Assembly: GCA_965248675.1 (NCBI GenBank)
Contig: CBDFJZ010000005.1
Span: forward strand, 349,855-413,854
Length of the DNA: 64,000 nucleotides
Reading direction: 5' to 3'
Origin: Dehalococcoidia bacterium
Lineage (GTDB): Bacteria; Chloroflexota; Dehalococcoidia; UBA2979
In this document: positions 42,025 to 52,649 of the stretch, piece by piece
Layout: every line of letters begins with the position of its first letter
How positions within the stretch are numbered: position 1 is the stretch's first letter
The notes under the pieces: model-generated
Database searches by the model: none
What the model saw: only the letters and a program-made list of their open reading frames with translations
Told to the model about the DNA's origin: nothing
Program-made: the position numbers and the translations under genes

Positions 42025-43641
42025 CTAGTTCGCTTCATAAACAACAGCGCCCTCGACGATGGTCATGGCGATCGGCACGTCGCGCAGCTCAGTCACCGTG
42101 ACCTGGCGGATGTCCTCGGAAAGGACGGCGAGATCGGCGTATTTGCCGGCCTCGATGCTGCCTTTGCGGTCCTCGGCGAACTCGGCGTAGGCGCCGTTGA
42201 TCGTACGCATACGAATCGCGGTCTCCAGGTCGACGCGCTCCTCGGGGCCGCAGACGTCGCCGCCCATCGTCGCGCGGGTGAGTGCCTGCTCGATGCCGAA
42301 CAGCGGGCGGTAGTCGGTGACCGGTGAGTCGGACGAACCCGCGACGATGCCGCCCGCCTCGATGATCGACTTCGCGGGGAACATGACGTCGGCGCGGTGG
42401 CGGCCGTAGTTGTTGATGTAGCCGTCGCCGAACTCCCAGAAGAACGCCGGTTGCATCGCCGGGACGACGCGTTGCTCGATTACGCGCTGCTGGAGGTCGG
42501 GCGGCGTGATCCCGCAATGATCGATGCGGTGCCGCAGGCCGTCACGAGGGGCCTCGGCCTGGGCGCGCGCCATCGCGTTCAAGGTCTGCTCGATCGCGCG
42601 GTCGCCCACCGCGTGGACGGTGCACTGCCAGCCAGCGCGATGCGCGCGGCCGATCAGATCGTCGAGCTCATCCTGTTGCCAGTAGAGGATGCCGGAGTCG
42701 TCGGGGTCGACCGTGTACGGGTCGCGCGTGGAGGCGGTGGGGCCCGAGCTCGACCCGTCGGTCATCACCTTGAACGCGCCGATGCGCAGGCGGTCGCTGC
42801 CGAACCCTGTGTGGAGGCCCGTGCCGCCAAGCAGGCCGACCAGCGGGTGTTCGAAGGTGTTCACGGTGGCGAAGGCGTAGAGGCGAACCTGGATCGCGCC
42901 CTCGTTGACGAGCTCCGTCGCGACGTCCATCGGCGGACCAAGCAGGCCACCGGCGTCGTGGACGCTCGTCAGACCGCTGGCAAGGTCGGCCTCGTTCGCA
43001 GCGAGCAGATGCTCACGAAGTTCCTCGCGATCGGGCGCCGAGGCGGTCCGAAACACGCCGTTGGCCCGCTCGTAGGCGACGCTGTTCACGCTGCCGTCCG
43101 GGTCGCGATCGAAGCGTCCCCCGGCGGGGTCCTCGCTGTCGAGCGGGAGGCCGGACAGCTCGGCCGCCTTGGTGTTGAAGGCGACGATGTGGCCACAGGT
43201 GCGCGTCAGCAGCACCGGGTGATCGGGCGACACGGCATCGAGGTCGTGCCGGTTCGGGTGCCGCTGTTCGACCAGCTTCGAGTGGTCGTAGCCGCGACCG
43301 CGAATCCAGGTGCCCGCCGGCTGGTCTGCCGCGCGCTTCCGGACCGCCTCGACGATCGCGGCGATCGAATCCATCCCGACGGCCTTGCAATCGATTGCAT
43401 ACTCCGCGCCGCCGATGCCAGTGAAGTGCTGGTGCGCGTCGATGAAGCCCGGTGTGAGCGATCGGCCGTCCAGTTCGACGCGGCGGGTGCCGGGGCCGGC
43501 CGTCGCGTTGATCTCGGCGTTCGAGCCCACGGCGAGGATCTTGCCGTCCGAGACGGCGACGGCCTCGGCCAGGCTGTTGTCTCGATCGACGGTGTGCACG
43601 ACGCCACCGGTGAATACAAGATCGGCACGATCACCAGCCAT
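42025..43641 (-). CDS. Amidohydrolase (YtcJ/Amidohydro_3 family)
   Basis: PGFIDAH.H, HAVGD.A, RHRI.H, SSDSPV, KGSIE.GK.AD. Confidence 0.92.
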   Translation of the reverse strand: MAGDRADLVFTGGVVHTVDRDNSLAEAVAVSDGKILAVGSNAEINATAGPGTRRVELDGRSLTPGFIDAHQHFTGIGGAEYAIDCKAVGMDSIAAIVEAVRKRAADQPAGTWIRGRGYDHSKLVEQRHPNRHDLDAVSPDHPVLLTRTCGHIVAFNTKAAELSGLPLDSEDPAGGRFDRDPDGSVNSVAYERANGVFRTASAPDREELREHLLAANEADLASGLTSVHDAGGLLGPPMDVATELVNEGAIQVRLYAFATVNTFEHPLVGLLGGTGLHTGFGSDRLRIGAFKVMTDGSSSGPTASTRDPYTVDPDDSGILYWQQDELDDLIGRAHRAGWQCTVHAVGDRAIEQTLNAMARAQAEAPRDGLRHRIDHCGITPPDLQQRVIEQRVVPAMQPAFFWEFGDGYINNYGRHRADVMFPAKSIIEAGGIVAGSSDSPVTDYRPLFGIEQALTRATMGGDVCGPEERVDLETAIRMRTINGAYAEFAEDRKGSIEAGKYADLAVLSEDIRQVTVTELRDVPIAMTIVEGAVVYEAN

Positions 43642-43779
43642 GACGGCCCTTCCGGGGAGCGCCGAGGGTCGCGAGGCGCAGCGCATGCTAACGCATCGCC
43701 CTACCTGACGGTCTGGCGCGGCAGCCACTTCGTCCCGCCATCGTCTGCTGATCGCAGTCCTGGCCGCCGACGATTAAGG

Positions 43780-44001
43780 ATGTGGTTCAGAAGGAAGCGT
43801 AGCCGCGACGAGGACGCGCCGGTCGAGCGGCCGGAGCGCCGTGCCCGTGTCCGCTGGTGTTCCTCCTGCCGGAGTGGCGCTGGTCCGTACGTCTATCTCG
43901 AGAACGGCAAGCACTACTGCCGTCCCTGCTCCATCGAGGCACGCAACGTGATGCGGCTGCGACCGGCTGGCCGTCGCAAAGACGACATCACGGACATCTA
44001 A
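43780..44001 (+). CDS. Small basic C4 zinc-finger-like protein (73 aa)
   Basis: MWFRRKR...WCSSC...YCRPC; divergent from the amidohydrolase. Confidence 0.55.
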   Translation: MWFRRKRSRDEDAPVERPERRARVRWCSSCRSGAGPYVYLENGKHYCRPCSIEARNVMRLRPAGRRKDDITDI

Positions 44002-44306
44002 CCTCGCGATCGCCCCGACGTTCGTCTTGATTGGCGGTGATGCTCGTCGCGCTCGCCTCCATGGCGCCGTCGCCGGCGGCTGCGTCGTCCACCGCCGGTC
44101 AGATCGGCAGCTCGGCACAGGCCGCGCAGGCGCGGGTCGAGTCTTCGGGTGCTGAGCATCCTCGTGGACGTCGACCCTCGTGACATCTCGATCGGACTGG
44201 CGTCCGGCTCGCGCCTCGGGACGCTCTACGAGGAGACCGCTCTTCGCGCGTGCAGATGAGAACGGCGCCACGCGGACGGCGCGACAGGTTCCGAGGGTGT
44301 GAGGGG

Positions 44307-44382
44307 TGGCTCCCCGACGTGGACTCGAACCACGAACCTAGCGGTTAACAGCCGCTCGCTCTACCGATTGAGCTATCGGGGA
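44307..44382 (-). tRNA. tRNA-Asn(GTT)
   Basis: Reverse complement TCCCCGATAGCTCAATCGGTAGAGC, AGCGG-CTGTTAA-CCGCT, ends GGGGAGCCA. Confidence 0.96.
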
Positions 44383-44464
44383 TCAGCCGTCGATCAGTCT
44401 GGCAAGCGGGGGTGTCTGCGACAAGGGGCGCGGCCCTCGATTCCCACGCAGCTCGCGCGATTCG

Positions 44465-44538
44465 TGGATGCCAGGCCGGGATTCGAACCCGGACTTAGGG
44501 ATTCAAAGTCCCCAGTGCTACCTTTACACCACCCGGCA
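44465..44538 (-). tRNA. tRNA-Gln(TTG)
   Basis: Reverse complement TGCCGGGTGGTGTAAAGGTAGCAC, anticodon loop CTTTGAA, GGTTCGAATCC, ends CCA. Confidence 0.95.
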
Positions 44539-44582
44539 ACGCGTCAGATCGTACCGCCTGACGGAGGCAGTGACCTCGGCGC

Positions 44583-45002
44583 TCAGGCGGAGCTGCGAAT
44601 CCGCGTGGGCACGATCTCCAGCAGGCGCCATGAGTCCGAGGTCGCGCGCCAGTCCGCGACCGTCTGCGCGTGGGCGGCGTCGTCCATGTCCCAGTAGCCG
44701 TGCGCGAGCCGCTCGGCGAGGTCGAACGCGCCGTCGTCGTGGACCTCCACGCTGCCCTCGATCAAGACCCACTGCTCCGGCGCGCCCGCCGGGTTGGCGA
44801 CCAGGAGCGAGACCCGAGGATCGCGCCCGATCCGGCGCATCTTCGGCGAATCGACGCTCGTGAAGAAGCGCGCACGATCGCCGGCCCATTCGAACCAGAT
44901 GGGCACCGAGAGCGGCGGGCCATCGGATGACGTCGTGGAGAGGGCGGCGATCTTCGGCTCGGCCAGGAACGCGTCGCGCGCGGCATCGGTCATCGCTGCC
45001 AT
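44583..45002 (-). CDS. PPOX-class (pyridoxamine 5'-phosphate oxidase-like) split-barrel protein, possibly F420-binding
   Basis: A.LST...DG.P..VPIWF, SPK.R.I.RDPRVSL, V.IEG. Confidence 0.85.
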   Translation of the reverse strand: MAAMTDAARDAFLAEPKIAALSTTSSDGPPLSVPIWFEWAGDRARFFTSVDSPKMRRIGRDPRVSLLVANPAGAPEQWVLIEGSVEVHDDGAFDLAERLAHGYWDMDDAAHAQTVADWRATSDSWRLLEIVPTRIRSSA

Positions 45003-45057
45003 CGGTCCTCCGAGCTCGTGAATCGCGGTGCGGGAGCACGCCGCCCGAACGTAGCAG

Positions 45058-46540
45058 TTAGCTGCCGATCGCGACGCCCTCCGTCTCGGCGCCGCTGGCC
45101 TGCAGCCCGGACCAGTCGAGATCGCCGCACCAGAACCAGTGGCGCGTGTCGGTGCTGCCGAGGCGGTACGTGTTGCCCTCGAACGAGATGTTCGCCGAAT
45201 CCTGGCAGGAGAAGCGACTGCTGGTGTCGTCGGCGACCCCCGACTGCCCGACGTCGCCGAGGTAGGTGATGTCATTGCCCACGACCGTCACGTTCGCGCT
45301 GACCCACGGTCCGAGACTGCCTGAGCCGCGGTTCTGGTTGATCACGCCGATCCCGTCCCCGGCGCCCGCGGCGACCACCACGGTGTTGCCGGTGATCGTC
45401 GTGTCTGAGCTGTTCTGGACCAGGATCTGTGCACCCCACAGCCAGTTGGCGAACGCCTGGCCGTTCCCGCGCACGATGTTGTTGCGGATGATCGCCGAGT
45501 AGCTGATCTCGTGGGCGATCCCGGACTGGTCGTTGTTCTCCGCCAGGTTGCCCTCGATCAACGAGTTCACGTTGTCGATGTCCGTCCAGATGCCGCGACC
45601 GCGGTTGTCGTGGACGTGGTTGTTTCGCACCACGAAGTCCCTGGTCAGCACGAACTTCGTGCCGCCCGCCTCCCAGAAGGGGTTGAAGCCGGCGATCCCG
45701 TTGAACGAGATCTCGTTGCCTTCGACGAGGATCCGGCTCCCCAGCCCGGCGACGCCGATCTGGCCGTTGTGATGGACGAAGTTGTCGCGCAGCACCATGT
45801 CGGTGTGCGTGCGCACCGCGGTGCCGTGGTTGTAGCGGATCTCGTTGTTGGCGATCACCCAGCCGGCGCCACCGTCGATCGCCAGCGCGCCCTGCTGGGC
45901 GCGGCTCGCGTACTTCTCGATCACCAGCTCTGAGATGGTGACGTCTCGCGCCTGCCCTCGGAACGCCGATGCGGTCACGCTCAGCTCGACCAGGCGATCG
46001 GTCGGATCGTCGACGATGTAGATCCGGTCGGCGCCATAGTCGAAGTACCAGCGTCCTGAGGCCATCTGGTTCGCGTTCGTGACCTGCCAGAGCACCTCCC
46101 CGTCGATGAACAGCTGCTCGGGGTGCCTGCAGCCGTTGTAACCCTGCCCGAGGAAGTTCGAGCAACCGCCATGCGCCTGGAGCTGGGACGTCTGTCCGCC
46201 GATCGACCAGAAGCCGTCGCCGGCCTCGAAGCCCCGCAGCACCCGTGCTCCGCTGAGGATCGCGCCCGGTTCGCCTCGGAACGAGTCGCCGTGGCGCGGC
46301 GTGATCTCGACGTTGCGGTAGACGCCAGGCGAGAACAGGAAATCGGAGCCGGCCGGCTGCGCTGCGACACGCTCCGCGACGTTGTCGCCGGGCGAGAAAA
46401 CGACCGTCGGCCGACAGACCAGCAGCAACGGACCTGCGGGCACCTGTCCGCTCGGATAGACGCCCAGGAAGCTGGCGTTCGCGAAGTCTGGGGCACCGAC
46501 GACATAACCGATCGGGAAGCCGCCGATGAACGCCCATGTC
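45058..46540 (-). CDS. Right-handed parallel beta-helix protein; 5' end disrupted
   Basis: Repeats N..HHNG / NEISFN / NHVHDN..RGIW.D / HEISY; frame open upstream of GTG 46443 (WAFIGG..YVVGAPDFAN). Confidence 0.8.
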
Positions 46541-46740
46541 GAGGAAGCCCGCGCTGATCGACGTACCAGTCGACGCCGCCGAGAACCTCAAGCTGACCGA
46601 ACGCCTCAAGGCCTTCGAGTTCGCCGGCGGCCTCTGAAAGCGGCCGTCAGCCGGCGCCCTCCCCCGATCGCCGGCCCGCCAGCCGGAGCCGACGCGACTG
46701 TTACGCTCAATGAGTCTCCATAACGAGCAAGGACGCGCGC

Positions 46741-47058
46741 ATGGCACCCCGCAGCAAGAAACGAGCCGAGCGTCCCGCGAGCCGCGACGACGGCCGGCGT
46801 GACGGGAAGCGGCCTGTGGGATCAGACGCTGACGCGTCGAACGCGGGCGCTCCAGGCGCAGAGGACGAGTCTGACGCGCCACCGCCGCCCCTCAACCGCG
46901 CGGCGAGGCGTCTCGAGGCGAAGCGAAAGAGCGGACGCAACGCGCCAACGCGCGTGACGCCGAATGGCATGAGCTCTCCCACTGACTCGATGCGACGGCA
47001 GGGCGTGACCCGCTCTCCGGGCAGCGTGAAGGACACGAACACCCGGCGATCTGGCTAG
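46741..47058 (+). CDS. Hypothetical basic low-complexity protein
   Basis: ATG with AAGGA upstream; fills the intergenic gap; no recognisable motif. Confidence 0.4.
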   Translation: MAPRSKKRAERPASRDDGRRDGKRPVGSDADASNAGAPGAEDESDAPPPPLNRAARRLEAKRKSGRNAPTRVTPNGMSSPTDSMRRQGVTRSPGSVKDTNTRRSG

Positions 47059-47223
47059 GCACGCCCGCCGCGACTCGAGCCGCCACGAGGCATTCGAGTT
47101 CGCCGGCCTCGCCGCGACCCAGTTGACCCCCCGTGAGCGACCCCGGCGCCCGTCGCCGCACCCCACCGCGCGCCGTCAGGTGCGATGGTGAGTGCGCGAC
47201 GATCTCGACCGAGGAGTTTCGAC

Positions 47224-47859
47224 ATGACCTCGACCTGGCTGGAACGGCACCTCACAGCGGTGGTGGGCGTCCTCGGCGTGCTCGTGCTCGCCGCGTTCGC
47301 GCTGAGCGCCGTGCTCTTCCTGCGCCTCGAACAGACGCGCGACGACCTCGAACGTGTCGAGGCGGGCACCCTGCTCGCGACGGTACAGCTACAGTTGTTC
47401 CGCGACGAACTGGTCTCGCTTGGGCCCTCGGTGTCGTCCGGTCTCGACGAGGCGATCGTCGGCCTCCAGTCGTTCAGCACCTCCACGCTCGAGTTCGAGG
47501 TCAGCATCGACGAGGTGCTGCCGGTCGCGGCGGAGCTGGAGATCGACCGCGAAATCGTGATCCCGATCAACACCACGATTCCGATCACCGAGACGATCGA
47601 AACCACGATCGAGGTGCAGGGCCCGCTCGGCATCGCCGTCCCCGTCGATGTCGTGGTGCCGATCGAGATCGAGGTTCCGGTCATCCTCGATCTGACGTTC
47701 GCGATCAAGGAGACGCTGCCCGTGAGCGCCGAGGTTCCCGTCCGCCTGAACGTACCGGTAGCGATCGCGATCGCCGACACCGACCTCGCCGCCTTTGGCG
47801 ACTCACTCGCCGCGGGGCTGGCCAGCTTCCGCGATCTGTTCGCCGGCTTCGCCGACTGA
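47224..47859 (+). CDS. Hypothetical membrane-anchored protein with long Ile/Val/Pro-rich beta region
   Basis: GAGGAG RBS; one TM; helical segment; alternating beta-strand pattern. Confidence 0.75.
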   Translation: MTSTWLERHLTAVVGVLGVLVLAAFALSAVLFLRLEQTRDDLERVEAGTLLATVQLQLFRDELVSLGPSVSSGLDEAIVGLQSFSTSTLEFEVSIDEVLPVAAELEIDREIVIPINTTIPITETIETTIEVQGPLGIAVPVDVVVPIEIEVPVILDLTFAIKETLPVSAEVPVRLNVPVAIAIADTDLAAFGDSLAAGLASFRDLFAGFAD

Positions 47860-47981
47860 GAACGGCCGTGAACTGCTCGCTGGCTGGCTGAGGGTCCGAG
47901 GTCGGTCGCGTACTCTCCGCGCGGAGCCGCATGGCGAAGCCTGACGGAACGGCGTGTGCACGCAGCGCGAGGAGCGAGCCG

Positions 47982-50900
47982 ATGGGGTTGTCGAAGCTGC
48001 TGGTGGCAAACCGCGGTGAGATCGCGGTCCGAATCGTTCGCGCCGCCGCCGAGCTCGATATCGCGACCGTCGCTGTCTTCTCCGAGGATGACGCCCGATC
48101 GCTACACGTCCGGAAGGCTGACGAGGCGCACGCGCTGCGCGGCTCCGGCGCGGCGGCCTACCTCGACATCGAGCAGATCGTCGCCGCTGCCGTCGAGGGC
48201 GGCTGCGACAGCGTCCATCCGGGTTACGGTTTCCTCGCCGAGAACGCGGACCTCGCCCGCGCCTGTGCCGGCGCCGGGATCACCTTCGTCGGTCCCTCGG
48301 TCGAGGCGCTCGAGCTGTTCGGCGACAAGGCGCGAGCACGCGCGCTCGCCGCGTCGGCGGATGTCCCCGTCCTCCCCGGCAGCTCCGAGGCGGTCAGCCT
48401 CGATGAGGCCGAGGCGTTCTTCGCCGGCCTCGGAACCGGCGGCGCGATGGTGATCAAGGCGGTCAACGGCGGCGGCGGCCGCGGCATGCGTGTCGTCACC
48501 GAGGCCGCCGATCTCGCCTCCGCCTACCAGCGCGCCCGTTCCGCGGCGGCGGCCGCCTTCGGCGACGACGCCGTCTACGTCGAGCGGCTGATCCCGCGCG
48601 CCCGCCACATCGAGGTGCAGGTGATCGGTGACGCGACCGGGGCGATCAGTCACCTCGGAGAGCGCGAGTGCAGCGTCCAGCGGCGCCACCAGAAGGTGGT
48701 GGAGATCGCCCCGAGCCCATTCCTGTCGGCGGCGGAGCGCGATGTGATCACGGGGGCGGCCCTTCGCGTCGCCGGCGCGGCGAACTACCACAGCCTCGGC
48801 ACGATCGAGTTCCTCGTCGACGAGGCAGCGCCCGACATCTCCGAAAGTCACTTCGCGTTCATCGAGGCGAACGCCCGCCTCCAGGTGGAGCGCACCGTCA
48901 CCGAGCAGGTGACCGGCGTCGACCTCGTCCAGGCGCAGCTCCGGCTCGCGGGCGGCGACACCCTGGCCGGCCTCGGCCTGGAGCAGGCCTCGATCCCGGC
49001 GGCGCGCGGCTACGCGATCCAGGCTCGCGTGAACACCGAGGATGGGCGAAGACGGCCAAGTGCGGCCGACGGGCGGCACGCTGACCGCATTCGAGGCGCC
49101 CTCGGGCCTCGGTATCCGCGTCGACAGCTACGGCTACCACGGCTACGCGACGAACCCGAACTTCGACTCGCTGATCGCCAAGGTGATCGCACACTCGACG
49201 TCGGATGACTTCCGCGACGTCCCCCGCCGCACCGTTCGCGCCCTCGAGGAGTTCGAGGTCGGCGGCGTCGACACCAACATCCCGTTCCTGCTGAACGTGC
49301 TCGAGCATGACGACTTCCTGAACGGCGGCGTCTACACCCGCTGGGTCGAGGACGAGATCGTGACGCTCGCCGTGCCGCGCGAGATCGAGACGAACGGCGC
49401 GGACGGCGGACCCTCGAAGGCGGGCGCAGCCCTCGACACCCGCGACCCGCTCGCCTCCCTCGAGTACTTCCGCTCTGGCGCGGGCACGCGCGAAGCTTCC
49501 GGCCGGCCGCCTGAGCCGATCGGCCCGCCGAACACCGACCCGGTGCGCGCCCCGCTGCTGGGCACTGTGATCGAGGTCGCGGTTTCCGAGGGTGACACCG
49601 TCCGCGAGGGACAGCAGCTCTTCGTGATGAGCGCGCTGAAGATGGAACACCTCGTCCACGCGCCGGCCGGCGGCGTGATCCGCGAGGTCACCGTCTCGCC
49701 CGGCGACGTGGTTTACGAGGACCACCCGCTCGCCTTCCTCGAGGCGATGGACGTCGGCGAGGCGGTGGACAACACCCGGCCGGAGGCCGACCTCGACTAC
49801 GTCCGGCCCGACCTCCAGGCGTTGTTCGACCGCCGCCAGTTCCTGCTCGACGAGAACCGCCCCGAGGCAGTCGAGCGGCGGCACAGCCGCAACCGGCGCA
49901 CGGTGCGGGAGAACATCACGCAGCTGATCGATCCGGGGACGTGGGTCGAGTACGGCGGCCTCGTGATCGCCGGGCAGCGGCGCCGCCGTTCGGTCGAGGA
50001 GCTGATCCGCAAGACCCCGGCGGACGGCCTCGTCGCCGGGATCGGCTCGGTTAACGGCGACCTGTTCGACGAGGAACGCGCACGCACGGTGTTCATCTCC
50101 TACGACGACACCGTATTCGCGGGCACCCAGGGCGGCCATGGTCACATCAAGACGGACCGTATGCTGGCGCTCGCCAACGAGATGTCGCTGCCCGTGATCT
50201 TCCATGCCGAGGGCGCGGGCGGACGCTCCGGCGACAGCGACGGTGACCCCGGGCGCGGCTTCGGCGGCACCGTCGAGACCTGGGACCGCCTCGCGGAGCT
50301 CAGCGGCAAGGTGCCGATCATCGGCGTCACCGCGGGCTGGTGCTACGCCGGCAACGCCGCGATCCTCGGTTGCACCGACATCATCATCGCCACCGAGGAC
50401 GCGCTGATCGCGATGGGCGGCCCCGCGGTCATCGAGGGCAGCGGCATGGGCGCCTTCCTGCCCGAGGAGGTCGGCGCGATTTCCGACCTCGCCCCGGCCG
50501 GCTCGGTCGACATCGTCGTCAAGGACCAGGACGAAGCGATCGCGACCAGCAAGCGGCTGCTCTCCTACTTGCAGGGACCGATCGACGACTGGGAGGCGCA
50601 CGACCAGCGCAAGCTGCGCCATGTGATCCCCGAGAATCGGATGCGCAGCTTCAACGTCCGCGAGGTGATCGAGCTGCTGTCCGACAAAGACTCCGTGCTC
50701 GAGCTGCGGCCCGAGTTCGGCATCAGCATGGTGACCGCGTTCGTCCGTATCGAGGGCCGCCCCTACGGCCTCACCTGCAACAACAACGAGTACATCGGCG
50801 GCGCGATCGATAGCGACGGGTCGGACAAGGTCGCCCGCTTCTGGCAGCTCTGCGACGCGTGGAACATCCCGATCATCTCGCTGGTCGACACCCCCGGGAT

Positions 50901-51363
50901 GATGGTCGGCCCCGACGAGGAGAAGACGGGACTGATCCGTCACTGTGCGCGGCTGTTCATCACCGGCGCCAACCTCGAGACGCCGCGGCTCGCGGTGATC
51001 CTGCGCAAGGGCTACGCGCTCGGATCGATGGCCCAGCTCACGGGCAGCACGCATGCGCCCCTGTTCACCGTCGCCTGGCCGACGGGCGAGCACGGCGGCA
51101 TGAACCAGGAGGCGAGCGTCCAGCTCGCCCACCGCGAGCAGCTCGCCGAGATCGAGGACATCGAGGAGCGCGCGGTCGAGTACGAGCGGCTGCTCGCCAA
51201 CGCCTACGAGCGCGGCAGCGCCATCAACGTCGCCTCGGCCTACGAGATCGACGACGTGATCGACCCCGCAGAGACCCGCTACTGGATCGCGCAGGGTCTC
51301 AAGTCGATGCCGCTCCCCGACCCGATCCGCCGCGGCCGCTACCGCTTCCTCGATACCTGGTAG
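47982..51363 (+). CDS. Single-chain acyl-CoA carboxylase (BC-BCCP-CT fusion); frameshift near 49040
   Basis: LVANRGEIA, HPGYGFL.EN, ERECSVQRRHQK, N.RLQVE; biotinyl motif ALKMEH; CT motifs AGTQG, LVDTPG. Confidence 0.9.
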
Positions 51364-51370
51364 CCGGGAC

Positions 51371-52645
51371 CTATGCCCCGCCGGCCGGCGCCGCTGTGTC
51401 CGCCTCGGTCCTCGCCGCGCCGTCGACGCGCCGTAGTCCGGGCGAGGTCAGCGCGAGCGCGGCGGCGACTGCGGTGCAGACCGCGGTGGTGGCCGGGAGC
51501 AGGAACGCCATCCCCATCACCTGCGCGACGGCCCCGAGGGTGATCCCGTTGAGCTGCGCCGCGGACTGGTTGAGGCCGTAGAGCGACATCACCCGCCCCC
51601 GTACCTCGTTCGGCACGATGCTCTGCACGATCGCGATCGAGCTCACGTTCGACCCGGCCAGCGCCAGCCCGTTGAGGATATACGCGAGCCCGGCCAGCGG
51701 TAGCGAGCGGGCGAAGCCGAACAGCATCAGCGACAGCCCGAAGCCGATCGAACTTACGATGAAGATCCGTCCCTTGCGGTCGAGCAGGTTCGTCGACGCC
51801 AGCGCGTACGACCCGGCGAGCGTGCCCACGCCCCACATCGAGGCGAGCACCCCGTATTGCCCGGGCTCGAGATCGAGGATCTCCGACGCCCACTTCGCGA
51901 TCAGCCCGTTGAAGATCGCCGTCCCGAACGCGCCGAGGGTGAGCATGATCAGGATGATTCGCAGCACCGTCCGGTCGCCGCGCACGTACGCCACGCCCTG
52001 CCGGACGTTGTCGAGCACCGAGTGCGCGCGTGCCGCGCTGGCCCCGCCTCGATATCGCAGCCGCGCCAGCGCCACGATCACGATCACGTTGCCGCCGACG
52101 CTGACTGCGTAGGCGCCGCCCGGCCCAAGCGCGTCGATCACGAACCCGGCCAGCGCCGGCGTGAGCGCGAACGTCCCCATCTGCGCCGCCATCGTGAGCG
52201 CGACCGCATTCGGGATGTGCTCCTTCGGGACCAGCTCCGGGATCAGCGCCTGCCTCACCGGGTGGTCCACCGAGGCCGTGGCAGCGGCGATGAAGATCAA
52301 GACCAGCGCCAGCCACAGCTCGATCACGCCCGCCACCGCTGTGACAGCGAGCACCGCGTTCACGACCAGCGTTACCGAGCTCGTGCCGATCAGCAGGCTG
52401 CGGCGGTCGATCCGGTCGGCGAGCGCGCCGCCGTAGACACCGAACACCACCATCGCGACGCCTCGCGTCGCGCCGAGCAGCCCGAGCATGAGCGCGGAGT
52501 CGGTGAGGCTGAAGACGAGCCAGATCTGCGCGTAGTACTGGAACGCGAGCGTCCCGCTCGCGAGCAGCATCCCGGTCCACAGCGTGCGGAAGTCCCGGTG
52601 CTTGAGCGCGGGGAAGCGAACGCGCGGAGCGGCCTCAGCGCTCAC
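51371..52645 (-). CDS. MFS transporter (MFS_3/EntS-like)
   Basis: L.HRDFR.LW, GGALADR.DRR, P.RQALIPELV, RGRVMS. Confidence 0.92.
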   Translation of the reverse strand: MSAEAAPRVRFPALKHRDFRTLWTGMLLASGTLAFQYYAQIWLVFSLTDSALMLGLLGATRGVAMVVFGVYGGALADRIDRRSLLIGTSSVTLVVNAVLAVTAVAGVIELWLALVLIFIAAATASVDHPVRQALIPELVPKEHIPNAVALTMAAQMGTFALTPALAGFVIDALGPGGAYAVSVGGNVIVIVALARLRYRGGASAARAHSVLDNVRQGVAYVRGDRTVLRIILIMLTLGAFGTAIFNGLIAKWASEILDLEPGQYGVLASMWGVGTLAGSYALASTNLLDRKGRIFIVSSIGFGLSLMLFGFARSLPLAGLAYILNGLALAGSNVSSIAIVQSIVPNEVRGRVMSLYGLNQSAAQLNGITLGAVAQVMGMAFLLPATTAVCTAVAAALALTSPGLRRVDGAARTEADTAAPAGGA

Positions 52646-52649
52646 GGCA

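Noticed and set aside
43998-44271. Minus-strand ORFs downstream of tRNA-Asn
   Set aside because: Arg/Gly-rich low-complexity translations without motifs or a convincing RBS
49030-49050. Programmed frameshift or true split of the carboxylase into two subunits
   Set aside because: The break is inside the biotin carboxylase C-domain with no slippery heptamer; better explained as an indel
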